Shown here in pieces: positions 1 to 18,624 of a DNA stretch of 64,000 nt; within the stretch, counting starts at the first letter, position 1; the number at the start of each line of letters is the position of its first letter. The notes beneath the pieces were generated by a model, which saw nothing but the letters and a program-made list of their open reading frames with translations, did not search any database and was not told the origin of the DNA. Position numbers and translations under genes: made by a program. The stretch is from the sequence record MT133560.1. One strand, given 5' to 3'.

Positions 1-998
1 GTTACTTCTTCTTCAACGTTATTAGACTCAACATCCTCAACCTCTTCTGCTTCACCTTCTTCATAACTAACCGGAGTTTCTTCATCAACAATAATATCTT
101 CATTAAAGATAGGCGTATCTTCTTTAATTAATGAAGTATTACCTTGGTTATATTCAACCATCGCTGATACTAGTGAAATAAGGCGCCTAGCTATTTGCTG
201 GGTATCATAACCTTTATCATCTTTAATTTCTGGATCACGACGCCATTGATCAAGCATCCCTAAGTTAATAACAAAGAATGAACTTTGTACACGGAATAAA
301 AGATTAATGTTACCGTAATACTTAGCATCGATGACATTCATGAAAGAACTTTCACGATCATCAGAAACCCAGCGAACTAAATCAAATATATTTAGAATAT
401 CAGGTGTATTGAATTGATTAGCTAGATCTTGAGTTAAACCCCCTCGTAGTTTATTAAAAGAAGAAGGAGGTGGAACTAACTCAGGTAAGTGTACATCAAT
501 GAACTGGTTCCAACCAGGAAAACGTTCACATGCAGCCGCTACGCCACTCCAGAATGTACGCATGTCATTTGACCAACGGAACCATGTAGCTTTATAAGAA
601 GCCATATAATTCCATTGAGGGTTAATTAAATTATAATTCATTACCAGAATGTTCTGGTTTGATAATTTAAAACCGGTATCACTGCGTAAAGGTTTAAAGA
701 AACGGTTCTGGCGGCGAAACTCTTGAATCATTGTTGCTGGGATATTTGAAGTCCTACGTGGATTACCTTCAAATGTAAGCATATCAGTAACATGCTCAAT
801 ATATACTTTACCTTGATGTTTGGAGAATAATGGGTCTGTTTGACTAGGACCCATTACTGCATTATTACCATCGAAGAACTGATAAATGGATTCGAAAGGT
901 AGATCAAGTTTATTTAGAGCATGCAACTTAGGTGACTGAAGTTTAGCATATTCGCGTACACTATAATTTTTCAGAAACTGTGTAATATTTAAGCGCAT
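1..998 (-). CDS. Virion RNA polymerase beta subunit, N-terminal part (phiKZ gp178-like), runs off window start
   Basis: ATG at 998 two nt after the beta' stop; I read MRLNITQFLKNYSVREYAKLQSPKL at the start and an acidic stretch at the window edge; synteny with beta'/gp181/gp182 as in phiKZ. Confidence 0.75.
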   Translation of the reverse strand, partial: MRLNITQFLKNYSVREYAKLQSPKLHALNKLDLPFESIYQFFDGNNAVMGPSQTDPLFSKHQGKVYIEHVTDMLTFEGNPRRTSNIPATMIQEFRRQNRFFKPLRSDTGFKLSNQNILVMNYNLINPQWNYMASYKATWFRWSNDMRTFWSGVAAACERFPGWNQFIDVHLPELVPPPSSFNKLRGGLTQDLANQFNTPDILNIFDLVRWVSDDRESSFMNVIDAKYYGNINLLFRVQSSFFVINLGMLDQWRRDPEIKDDKGYDTQQIARRLISLVSAMVEYNQGNTSLIKEDTPIFNEDIIVDEETPVSYEEGEAEEVEDVESNNVEEEV

Positions 999-1000
999 GA

Positions 1001-2653
1001 TTAATCCCTTTGTTTGGGTTCCCCAGTCATGTACCGAAGAGTTAAATTGAGTGTATGGACACCAACACTAAATGCCAGTCGACCATCGGCATGTATATAT
1101 GCAATACGTTTCTTAAAAAAAGCATCTGTTTCAGCGATAGCTTCCTCTGAATAAACTGCGTTAAATGATACAGTGTCCCCGTCGAAATCCGCCCCCAATG
1201 GCGCGAGAATAGAAGGAGAGATGGATACTGAGTCATGCCACTGGGCTGGTTTATTTAATTCAAACACAGGGAATTCTAAGGCTGGTTCCAACGTATCATC
1301 ACGTTCCCATTGATCATTTAACGGATAACGTAATTCACCCACTACGGTTGTTTTAACATACATCTTACAGGGGATAGAGCTATTGTAGTTTTCTACAGGA
1401 TATCGTGTAACAAACGCTGAGTTTGTTCGCCACATACTTAATCCACTAAGGTAAACTAATTCGGCATAAGTAATAGGTCTAACAAATTTCTTATTTAGAT
1501 TAGTAGGTAACTCATCGATGTTGCGGAATATTTTAAAATTCTGTTTATCATCAACGTAAATAAGGGCTAGATAATGATCAGCAATTTCAATTGCACGTGA
1601 ACGTTTTTCAATGACATCTAACTCATTGATGATTTGTTCTTGCCCTTCAGGAGTTCCCCATAAATCCATATCTTCGTTAGAGATATCGACCCATTCTAAA
1701 CGTAGTGTTTTCTTATTGATGAGCTGTACAGTGTTAGTAACTGTATCAAACACTTCACCAACTACACCTTGCCTTAGTGCAAAGATTGTACGCGGTGCAA
1801 CTGAACGAGCTGCTTGATGTAAGCCAACTACGGCATCTTTGAATGTTGGTCGATTAGGTGAATCAAGATCAGCAGCATTAGTATCTAGCGAACTAATGAC
1901 GTTACGTGTACCATTGGCAATACGACGGGATGCCCATTTAGATTGAATGTATCCACGTTTACCGGATAGCAGTCGTTCATAATGTTCATAAATAGCTAAT
2001 ACGGTGTTTTGCATTGCTACTCGTTTGCGATCATAGATACTCAAGTCATCATTTGGTCCAAAGCTATCAGGTACACCAAACGACTGATTTAATAGATACC
2101 TATAGTGTTCATTGATCTCATCCATCTCAACACGATTATTCTCATCAATCTCTGCATCACGATAAGCGGCTGGTGTTACAAGCATGTCTTTAAAAATACA
2201 GTTATCTTTATATTTTTCGATTAATTGTAACCTTGATAGCCGAACCCCTGACTTAGTGGACCCAAAGTCAATTCGTTTCCAGTTATCAAAAAAGAATGTA
2301 TAACCAGTTTTACCAGTTAGTTCATCGGCGCGGATAAAATCTTTAATAGATTCGTCAAATACTGCAAATGCCTTACCAAGAATAATTTCTTCATAGAAAG
2401 CTTTTAATTTAATTAAGTTTCGATATACAGCTGGATGGATAAGTTCTAAACCTAAATGGATATATCCAAATAAACTCTCACGATCAGTTGATCCAACTCT
2501 TCCAAAAATGGAAACAGAGAACAAACCATCTTCATGAAAGTTACCACCTAAACCTTCAAATATCTCATGACTCTTTACTTGACCTAAGAACTTTAATTGT
2601 TCTTTAGTGGGAATAAGTAAAGAAATATTAAAAGGAACTAATGCCTTCTTCAT
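1001..2653 (-). CDS. Virion RNA polymerase beta' subunit (catalytic; phiKZ gp180-like)
   Basis: 550 aa; catalytic LGADFDGDT motif; N-terminal DGLFSVSIFG motif of beta'. Confidence 0.95.
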   Translation of the reverse strand: MKKALVPFNISLLIPTKEQLKFLGQVKSHEIFEGLGGNFHEDGLFSVSIFGRVGSTDRESLFGYIHLGLELIHPAVYRNLIKLKAFYEEIILGKAFAVFDESIKDFIRADELTGKTGYTFFFDNWKRIDFGSTKSGVRLSRLQLIEKYKDNCIFKDMLVTPAAYRDAEIDENNRVEMDEINEHYRYLLNQSFGVPDSFGPNDDLSIYDRKRVAMQNTVLAIYEHYERLLSGKRGYIQSKWASRRIANGTRNVISSLDTNAADLDSPNRPTFKDAVVGLHQAARSVAPRTIFALRQGVVGEVFDTVTNTVQLINKKTLRLEWVDISNEDMDLWGTPEGQEQIINELDVIEKRSRAIEIADHYLALIYVDDKQNFKIFRNIDELPTNLNKKFVRPITYAELVYLSGLSMWRTNSAFVTRYPVENYNSSIPCKMYVKTTVVGELRYPLNDQWERDDTLEPALEFPVFELNKPAQWHDSVSISPSILAPLGADFDGDTVSFNAVYSEEAIAETDAFFKKRIAYIHADGRLAFSVGVHTLNLTLRYMTGEPKQRD

Positions 2654-2728
2654 TTTCTATTTTCCTATTTTGGTAATACTAAGTTAAACAACGATATGAT
2701 ACTTTACTAATCGTCAATGGAGTTTAAT

Positions 2729-11492
<8,764 letters not shown>

Positions 11493-11550
11493 ATACTTGG
11501 AATAGTTATTTATTGTAACCATTCTTAAACCAATGTAATAGGTAATTAAC

Positions 11551-11856
11551 ATGTCTCTACTTAAAAAGATCGGTCTAGCTTTAATTGGATCAGAAGGACG
11601 TAAGGAAGTTTTTGAACAAGAATTAACTAAACTATCAAATTCTAATGCAGTTATTGATCAAATGGTGATTAATTTACTGGGTAGTAAGAAGAAGTTAGAT
11701 GACTTCCTAATTAAAGCTGAAGAAATTGATAATAAGAAACTAGGCTTCATTAAAAATCGAGCCGAACTTATTAAACTAGTCAAATCTAAATATTCACAAG
11801 ACCCTCGGGTTGCCGATGTAGTAGTGTCACTTTACATTGGTGGTTTCATTTATTGA
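11551..11856 (+). CDS. Hypothetical protein
   Basis: 101 aa ORF with AGGT RBS. Confidence 0.75.
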   Translation: MSLLKKIGLALIGSEGRKEVFEQELTKLSNSNAVIDQMVINLLGSKKKLDDFLIKAEEIDNKKLGFIKNRAELIKLVKSKYSQDPRVADVVVSLYIGGFIY

Positions 11857-11863
11857 GGTAAGT

Positions 11864-12556
11864 ATGTCTAAACCTAATCTTGAGTGGTTAGCTTCCTTAG
11901 AAAGTAAAGAAGCTAAAAGTACAGTAGATTCTTCCGATATGGATAATGATCAAAAGGAAGGTAGCGATAAGTCTCAACAAGATGAAGCTACTGAACCTGA
12001 GAAGAAAATTACTGCAACTGATGTACAAATTGCAATTGAAGAATATGCGCGTATCCGTGCATTAACCACTACTAAAGATCTTCCAACTGACCCTGAACCA
12101 GGTGATACTTATCATGTAAATGGGGTAGATTGGATTTATCAAGAAGATGGTGGATGGGTAACTATGCAAGGTATTTATGGCCATGAACATTTTGATGAAA
12201 ATGGTCTAAATATTGAAGCAAGTGGTATTGATCAGAAATCAGGTGCAACTAAACGTTATGTGGTAACTGGTTATAATGCTCAGACTAACCCAGCTGCTAT
12301 GCCTGGTGATAATCTGACTGAATGTGTTATCCTAATGCAGAATGGACTTGTTCCAGAAGTTGGTGTAAATGGCCTAACTGCTGACTGTCTACTTAAAATC
12401 GTTAAAGATTTATTTGAAGGTTATCAAGCAGGCCCATTTGCATGTGAAGAGAATCAGGTAGTGATTAATTCAATGGACCGTGCTCTTAGTGCAATTCATC
12501 AACGCCTCGTAAGACGTAAAGAACAAGGTACTGAAGGTACCTATAGTGGTAATTGA
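11864..12556 (+). CDS. tad1: Tad1-family anti-defence nucleotide-signal sponge with N-terminal extension
   Basis: C-terminal MQNG..GVNG..CLLKIVKDLFEGYQAGPFACEEN..ALSAIHQRLVRRKEQGTEGT matches the Tad1 pattern FQKG..GV..LLEIVRDRL..FQAGPF.SREN..AL.W...R...R..R.V.GT; GAGGT RBS before ATG 11864. Confidence 0.8.
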   Translation: MSKPNLEWLASLESKEAKSTVDSSDMDNDQKEGSDKSQQDEATEPEKKITATDVQIAIEEYARIRALTTTKDLPTDPEPGDTYHVNGVDWIYQEDGGWVTMQGIYGHEHFDENGLNIEASGIDQKSGATKRYVVTGYNAQTNPAAMPGDNLTECVILMQNGLVPEVGVNGLTADCLLKIVKDLFEGYQAGPFACEENQVVINSMDRALSAIHQRLVRRKEQGTEGTYSGN

Positions 12557-12563
12557 CATAAAT

Positions 12564-12588
12564 GCCTCCCTTCGGGGAGGCTTTATTT
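12564..12588 (+). terminator. UUCG-loop intrinsic terminator
   Basis: gcctccc-ttcg-gggaggc-tttattt. Confidence 0.85.
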
Positions 12589-12599
12589 CGTATTAAAAA

Positions 12600-12620
12600 A
12601 AATTTGAGATTTATATTACT
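12600..12620 (+). promoter_or_regulatory. phiKZ-type early promoter (TATATTAC)
   Basis: tttgagatttatattac; TATATTAC at 12612-12619 right after a terminator. Confidence 0.7.
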
Positions 12621-12664
12621 AGTGTGTAATTAGGAAACCATCTATCTAGTAAAGAGGAATCACA

Positions 12665-13219
12665 ATGAGCGTTGTAATTTTCACTGCCAGACCTATTGGT
12701 TATAAAGTTCCTGGCGCTAATTCCACTGTAAATAAGTTTGCACTAAATACAGCTAATGCACCTAGTGTATATAGTTCTTCACCAGGATCACCAATTACTG
12801 CTCAGGAGAGTAGTTGTATCTATACACTCACTTCAAATCATGAGTTAATCGCTGGGGACACCGATAAAGATAACTCCCTAATGAGTTTCAAACTAGTGCT
12901 TGCGTATAATAACGATACAGCTAATTATCTAATTAGTACGCAGGTTATTGATAGTATCGATAAACTAAAAGGAGTGGAAATTATTAGTGAACTCAGTTTC
13001 AGTGTAATTGATACTGGTGCACATATGATCCGTAGAGTGAATTCGATCGGTGTATGTGAGGCTGTCGCCGCTCGATGGTCTCCAGTTGCAATTGAACACG
13101 TGGCTAAAGCAACCGAGCGTGAGCACCCTGGTACTCCCATCGGTGATGTTCGTGAGATGATCGACTCTGGTGAAGACCTGGGTGACGTATGTACTTCATA
13201 TATCAAATCGAGTAACTAG
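12665..13219 (+). CDS. Hypothetical protein
   Basis: 184 aa, GAGGA RBS. Confidence 0.8.
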   Translation: MSVVIFTARPIGYKVPGANSTVNKFALNTANAPSVYSSSPGSPITAQESSCIYTLTSNHELIAGDTDKDNSLMSFKLVLAYNNDTANYLISTQVIDSIDKLKGVEIISELSFSVIDTGAHMIRRVNSIGVCEAVAARWSPVAIEHVAKATEREHPGTPIGDVREMIDSGEDLGDVCTSYIKSSN

Positions 13220-13220
13220 C

Positions 13221-13463
13221 ATGGTAGACAAAGACAAAACAATGGTAGATTTGATTAAGTCAGCGCAAGAACTGACTTCACATCTTGGACCACTGAATAA
13301 AGTATTAACTACCATTAATCTAATTGGTATGCCAGATGCTTTAAAAGAAGTAGTTAAACTCCCCGATGTAAAATGTGTTGTATATAAACGACCATTAACT
13401 GATAATCTAATTAAGGTTGTCTTTAATGATGGTAGTTGCTTTGTGATAAAAGATGTAAATTAA
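13221..13463 (+). CDS. Hypothetical protein
   Basis: ATG 13221 follows upstream stop; 80 aa. Confidence 0.65.
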   Translation: MVDKDKTMVDLIKSAQELTSHLGPLNKVLTTINLIGMPDALKEVVKLPDVKCVVYKRPLTDNLIKVVFNDGSCFVIKDVN

Positions 13464-13493
13464 ACCACCACCGTAAATAGAGAGAGTACTAAA

Positions 13494-13898
13494 ATGTCCA
13501 TCGAAACCACCAAGAAGTTTATCGAAACCCACAACCTAAATGAAAAAGTAAGCATGTCTGATGCCGGGGTATTTGAGATCCCTGACGGTCTATTTGAAGA
13601 AGTTGTTCTTCAACCAGCAGGCGTTACTGCCGAGCAGTATGCGCAGGTACATGAAGGTGCAGGTCAACTAGCAGCGGCTGTAAGTTATGTATTTGCTGAA
13701 AAAGCCGCACCGTACATGAAAGAAAATGAAAGCATTGCTGAGCTTGGTTATTCTTATAATGCAGGCGGTGCAACTGTTTCTGGTATCATTGATCGCAGTG
13801 GTGCTCTTGTAACAGTTGTAGATACCAAATATAAGAGTAGCGCTATGACTGACGTTGTTGAAAGTGTAGCCAGCTTCTTTGAAGATGTCAATAGCTAA
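13494..13898 (+). CDS. Hypothetical protein
   Basis: 134 aa, GAGAG RBS. Confidence 0.8.
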   Translation: MSIETTKKFIETHNLNEKVSMSDAGVFEIPDGLFEEVVLQPAGVTAEQYAQVHEGAGQLAAAVSYVFAEKAAPYMKENESIAELGYSYNAGGATVSGIIDRSGALVTVVDTKYKSSAMTDVVESVASFFEDVNS

Positions 13899-13928
13899 TA
13901 TATACTAGCTATTTCAATATAATAAGAT

Positions 13929-13959
13929 CAGTGGGTGCATTGCCCACTGGTCATTTTTT
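13929..13959 (+). terminator. Intrinsic terminator
   Basis: cagtggg-tgcattg-cccactg then gtcatttttt. Confidence 0.7.
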
Positions 13960-14018
13960 ATATTAAAAAAGTTTAATGGCTAAATAGTACATTTTAATAA
14001 TTTAAGGAACTGAGTATT

Positions 14019-14348
14019 ATGGCGGATCAGAATTTATTTAAAGAAGTTCATGGTGATAATAAAAAATCACATTCTGACAATATCAAATATAATCTAGTTA
14101 TTGCAATTGTACAAACTGCCCGTCAAAAAGCCATTTCTCAAAAAGTATTGATTGATGATGTTTTCACTAAACTAGGCATCTCTGATGAACTTAGTGAGAA
14201 TATTAAAATGTTTAATTTACCAGCTTTAAGCATTGATGTATTAGTTGATGTTCTATATAGCTTAGGTTATAGAGCTTCATTAGAATTATCGCAACAAGAT
14301 TTAGAAGATAATGTTGAAGCAGTAATTAAACTTAAGATGAGGGATTAG
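14019..14348 (+). CDS. XRE/HigA-like helix-turn-helix protein
   Basis: KYNLVIAIVQTARQKAISQ...LSIDVLVDVLYSLGYRASLELS resembles the HTH_37/HigA pattern. Confidence 0.5.
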   Translation: MADQNLFKEVHGDNKKSHSDNIKYNLVIAIVQTARQKAISQKVLIDDVFTKLGISDELSENIKMFNLPALSIDVLVDVLYSLGYRASLELSQQDLEDNVEAVIKLKMRD

Positions 14349-14350
14349 TA

Positions 14351-15409
14351 ATGAATGGTTTATTTGTATGCATCGAAGGAACTGAAGGTGTTGGTAAAAC
14401 AACTGTTACAAAGATGGTTGTTGAGGAACTACGTAAGCGCAATTACGATGTAGTAGCAATGCGTGAACCAGGTGGTACAGCTACATCGGAAAAGATTCGA
14501 CAAATGTTAATTTGGCCAGAATTTAAAGATGAAGTTCGTCCGCCAGAATTCGATGTATTGATGCATAGTGCAGGTAGGATGCTTAATGTAGAAAACATTA
14601 TTCGACCTGCTTTAAAAGATGATAAAATCGTTATCACTGAACGTTTCATTGCATCTACTTATGCTCTTAATGTAGTACCTTTTGAAGAAACTAATCCATA
14701 CCTATCAAAACTATTTATGGATATTCTTCAAGGAACACTACATTCTATTCCAGAACCGGCTACTTTCTTTTTAACTGCTCCTGAAGAAGTTCGTAAAAAA
14801 CGAATTGAAATGCGCGACCGAGGTCTTGACTATTATGAGTCTAAGGGTTCCAGTTACTTTAATAAAGTAGATGAAGGTTATGGACGCTTAATTAATCAAC
14901 CTAGTTCAATTGTTGTAGATACCAATCGCGATCTAGACATCATTGTTAATGAGATTGTTGAATCAATTATTTTCCTGCGTGATAAACAGAAAAATAAACA
15001 ATCATCATTTGATGAACAACTAGCTAAAACTACAACTAGTGATCAGTTTGATGATAGTGTAAGTTCTGAAATACCATGGAATGATGAACAGCAAGAAGAT
15101 ACTGTCGCAACAACCGATGACACTATTAATTTTGATCTAGATGCTGAAATCAGTAAGTATCTTGATGAAAATATTATCCCTCAGTTATTCGAAGGTGATG
15201 ATCGTTTCCTTGCATCTGGTAAGGTTGTGGCACAGAAGTACTGCCAACGAGTTTACGATCAGCTACCTGATAGTGAAAAGCACAAGATGTTCTTAGGTTC
15301 AAATAAAGAACGTCTAAATCAACAAATTCATAGTTTACTTTACTATGGACATCAATTAGATGCATTCATTGCAGAAAATGATCTAATTGGTAAAACACTC
15401 TGGAAATAA
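14351..15409 (+). CDS. tmk: Thymidylate kinase with acidic C-terminal extension
   Basis: FVCIEGTEGVGKTT P-loop, REPGGT, ITERF..ST.A motifs. Confidence 0.92.
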   Translation: MNGLFVCIEGTEGVGKTTVTKMVVEELRKRNYDVVAMREPGGTATSEKIRQMLIWPEFKDEVRPPEFDVLMHSAGRMLNVENIIRPALKDDKIVITERFIASTYALNVVPFEETNPYLSKLFMDILQGTLHSIPEPATFFLTAPEEVRKKRIEMRDRGLDYYESKGSSYFNKVDEGYGRLINQPSSIVVDTNRDLDIIVNEIVESIIFLRDKQKNKQSSFDEQLAKTTTSDQFDDSVSSEIPWNDEQQEDTVATTDDTINFDLDAEISKYLDENIIPQLFEGDDRFLASGKVVAQKYCQRVYDQLPDSEKHKMFLGSNKERLNQQIHSLLYYGHQLDAFIAENDLIGKTLWK

Positions 15410-15446
15410 AATTAATTTATTATTTCGTAATTGGTGAAGAAATTAA

Positions 15447-15698
15447 ATGAGCACTACCCTGACTCTGAAAGAATCTAAATACATCCCTGCAACTAATCTA
15501 GATAACCTAGAAGATTATATTGGTCGTACTTTTCTAGTCGAACGAAATGGCGTGTCTACAGCGCATAAGCTAATTAAACTCTCTCGCCGAGATGTTTATC
15601 TTGGTTATCCGGATGGTAGGGAAGATTCATTTACATTGTCTATTAATAAATTCCGGAAGTTTTATAAACTAGCACCATCTAATCGCGATAAAAAATAA
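15447..15698 (+). CDS. Hypothetical protein
   Basis: 83 aa ORF. Confidence 0.7.
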   Translation: MSTTLTLKESKYIPATNLDNLEDYIGRTFLVERNGVSTAHKLIKLSRRDVYLGYPDGREDSFTLSINKFRKFYKLAPSNRDKK

Positions 15699-15711
15699 AA
15701 TACGATATAAT

Positions 15712-15740
15712 AGAGTCCCCATTACGGGGACTCTTCTTTA
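15712..15740 (+). terminator. Intrinsic terminator
   Basis: agagtcccc-atta-cggggactct-tcttt. Confidence 0.7.
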
Positions 15741-15766
15741 TAATTTTTTGTTAAAAGGTATATCAA

Positions 15767-16207
15767 GTGTTCAATAGAATTGTTAGAGCTTTTCACATTA
15801 TCGATAAAGACCAATCTAAACATGGTGAACTAGATCTACCACAATGGCCAGCCTATGTATCGGTTACTCCTAAAGTTATCGATATTAGGGATAAAGAATT
15901 TAATTATCATGGTTTTATTTCACATATCAATGCCCCTTTAAAAGTTATAAAACCAGATGAATATATTAAAGCCAGGTATACTTTATCTTCATACTTTATC
16001 CATCAGAATGAAGGAGATGATGATCCAGTTGATGCACCAGGTTTTAGTATTGACATTGAATACAGACTAATTACTCAAAATACTAAGACATGGCATTTAG
16101 ATATCAATATCATCACTGATGAATCGATTAGTTACAATATCGAAAGTATTCTAAATGCGGAATTCATGTGTCAATGTCCATTTAATCTTTATATAAACGG
16201 TAAATAG
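15767..16207 (+). CDS. Hypothetical protein
   Basis: 146 aa, GTG start, AAGGT RBS. Confidence 0.7.
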   Translation: MFNRIVRAFHIIDKDQSKHGELDLPQWPAYVSVTPKVIDIRDKEFNYHGFISHINAPLKVIKPDEYIKARYTLSSYFIHQNEGDDDPVDAPGFSIDIEYRLITQNTKTWHLDINIITDESISYNIESILNAEFMCQCPFNLYINGK

Positions 16208-16234
16208 CTAATCATTTATAATAGAGGAAAGAGT

Positions 16235-17026
16235 ATGTTTAAATCCTTGAACTTTAACTACACCACTCAACCTTCTACTGAAGGTATCTGTTTGTATATC
16301 GGTCATGGCGATATTGGACTACTTGAGGGTAATAAATCTTCAACTGGTATTGCTAAGAAATTAGAACAATGTCCTTATTACCTACATGTTACTGTTGGTG
16401 AATCAAATACAGCTAACCAATTGACTATTACTGGTTATACTAATAACCAACCTAACATCCGTAGTTGGCATGGTCAAGAAGCTATGGATATTCTTCTGAA
16501 TAATATCAACAGCAATGACAATGTGGTGCAACGAGAACTTAACTTTGAAGTACTCATTGAATCAGTTGAACGTAAAGACCCGCGCGTTATTATACTAATG
16601 GCGCTAGGTGCACTTCCATCTCAAGATTACCCTGGTCATTTTAATGATTTAGCATCCGATAAGCAACTATTCAAACGGGAAGGCTCTTTCATTGATTATA
16701 ATGAAAAAGAATATAGTGATACATGCAACACCATTACACGCAAATTATTTAACCTGTGTGGCTGTGGTCATCCAGAAGCGGAGTTGCGTTATATTGATGA
16801 TGTATTGGATATATATCGCCAAGGTTGGAATATTTCTAAACATGATGAATGTAATAAGAAATATGGATTTGGTCCTACTACATTCATGCTACATTATCTA
16901 GATAGTCTTGGATTTGCCGAGCATGGTACAGGCGCAGCTGGTTGGCTACTCGATGAAGGTGCATGGGTTAATGTATTAGTAAAATTAGCAATTAAGGAAA
17001 CCGAGGGTGGATGCACTGATGTTTAA
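16235..17026 (+). CDS. Hypothetical protein with C-terminal CGCGxP...HG..W domain
   Basis: 263 aa, GAGGA RBS. Confidence 0.8.
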   Translation: MFKSLNFNYTTQPSTEGICLYIGHGDIGLLEGNKSSTGIAKKLEQCPYYLHVTVGESNTANQLTITGYTNNQPNIRSWHGQEAMDILLNNINSNDNVVQRELNFEVLIESVERKDPRVIILMALGALPSQDYPGHFNDLASDKQLFKREGSFIDYNEKEYSDTCNTITRKLFNLCGCGHPEAELRYIDDVLDIYRQGWNISKHDECNKKYGFGPTTFMLHYLDSLGFAEHGTGAAGWLLDEGAWVNVLVKLAIKETEGGCTDV

Positions 17027-17744
17027 ATTATCGATGCGTGTATTTTGTGCGGTATTTCTGATTAGTATCGGCATGTGTACTAAAGCTAGTGCTAATTACG
17101 AACCACTTGCTTTTTATGGTGTACCACTATTCTACTCTAATCATACTCCGCGAATTGCTCCATGTAACTTCGACCAACAATCTGGACTTGGTAGTTGCGG
17201 ATGGACTAGTTATCCAGAATATTCAGTTATTCCATTAGTTAAACCAAGTGATCCAACTAAACAGATTCTTGTTAATTATTCGATGTATCAAGAAGTCATC
17301 TGTAATGATGAACAATGCTTTACTTCTGATTATCATGAGCCGTATGGTTTACTTTCAGGATTTAAAGGCACCACATATTGGTCTGTGCCAACTGGTTATT
17401 ATTTACTAAATGGATCCAATGGTGTACATGGTGTTAAGTTTGGTAACGGACCATTAAAAGATAATTATCCTATTCGTGATATTTACATGATAAATAATGA
17501 TAGAGATATTGATGGCGAATACCTCTCTCTAAAAAATACTAAGGGAATTTATAATGTGGTGTGTAGTCCATTGACCCAGATGTGTAAATATTTGGGTAAA
17601 GAGTACACTCTATTGGAACTAAACCAATTGATTCCTTTTGTAAAGACTACCATTTGTGATGAATACCTTTGTTACATCGATAACAGTAAAGGCAAGGTTG
17701 CAGGCATAAATCCAAAACGAAAGGATATTTACGAGGGGTTATAA
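17019..17744 (+). CDS. Exported Cys-rich protein
   Basis: Signal-peptide-like N-terminus (..CTKASA|NY), about ten Cys. Confidence 0.75.
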   Translation: MFKLSMRVFCAVFLISIGMCTKASANYEPLAFYGVPLFYSNHTPRIAPCNFDQQSGLGSCGWTSYPEYSVIPLVKPSDPTKQILVNYSMYQEVICNDEQCFTSDYHEPYGLLSGFKGTTYWSVPTGYYLLNGSNGVHGVKFGNGPLKDNYPIRDIYMINNDRDIDGEYLSLKNTKGIYNVVCSPLTQMCKYLGKEYTLLELNQLIPFVKTTICDEYLCYIDNSKGKVAGINPKRKDIYEGL

Positions 17745-18106
17745 TGAATATTACCAATATAAAGCTCATCCAAACGATGGATGATGTATTGAAGGAACTC
17801 ACGAAATATCATGATAACCTCAAGCCTCATGTAGATATTAAAATAGAGGTTTCACCGTGGGGCGCTAAGTGTACACTCTTGTCTGAGGATACGGTTCGTA
17901 AGGTAGTTGTTGAAATCAATATAGATAAACCACTAAATATGTGCGTAACCTATTTCTTTGATGAGAAAGTGGTTACTAAGATCAACAAAGATAATTCACA
18001 TCACCATACTGAATTAGCTAAACAAATAAATACGTTCTTTTCGGATACAAGTATCCCAACACGAACATTCGATTACCATGGGTTCCTAGATTATCTTGGA
18101 TTCTAA
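17744..18106 (+). CDS. Hypothetical protein
   Basis: 120 aa, TAATG coupling. Confidence 0.75.
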   Translation: MNITNIKLIQTMDDVLKELTKYHDNLKPHVDIKIEVSPWGAKCTLLSEDTVRKVVVEINIDKPLNMCVTYFFDEKVVTKINKDNSHHHTELAKQINTFFSDTSIPTRTFDYHGFLDYLGF

Positions 18107-18118
18107 AAGGAGATTACA

Positions 18119-18475
18119 ATGGGTTCTCTAACTCTTGAAACAGGGCGACAGATTGAGCATTATTTGCTGAATGCTATTAGTACCCATATTAATGCATCCC
18201 AGATTGACGCTACATTACGTGAAACAGTTAATGTCATCGATAACCCTGTAACAAAACGATCTATCGCATATGTGGTTGAAAGGGGCAAGGATATCCGCAT
18301 TGCAGTTTATGATACTAGTAATGATCATCATGCCATGATATCTTATATTGAGTCTGGTGATAGTGAATTTAAAGTTCTTAATATGGCACAGGCTGTTCGG
18401 ATAACCAAATTCTCATTGAATCAATTTGATGAAGCAGCAACATGTGCAGTAAACTGGCTTGCCGGGAATCCATAA
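18119..18475 (+). CDS. Hypothetical protein
   Basis: 118 aa, AAGGAG RBS. Confidence 0.8.
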   Translation: MGSLTLETGRQIEHYLLNAISTHINASQIDATLRETVNVIDNPVTKRSIAYVVERGKDIRIAVYDTSNDHHAMISYIESGDSEFKVLNMAQAVRITKFSLNQFDEAATCAVNWLAGNP

Positions 18476-18624
18476 TACGTCATTGATTAAAGTTTCACTA
18501 CAGCTTAATACACAATCTCAGTCTAAATACTGATCTGATTAGATTGAAGACTACTGAGTCAACCCACTATTACCTAATTCTAATTCGATATAGGTAAATT
18601 ATAAATACTAAATCAGGTAATGTC

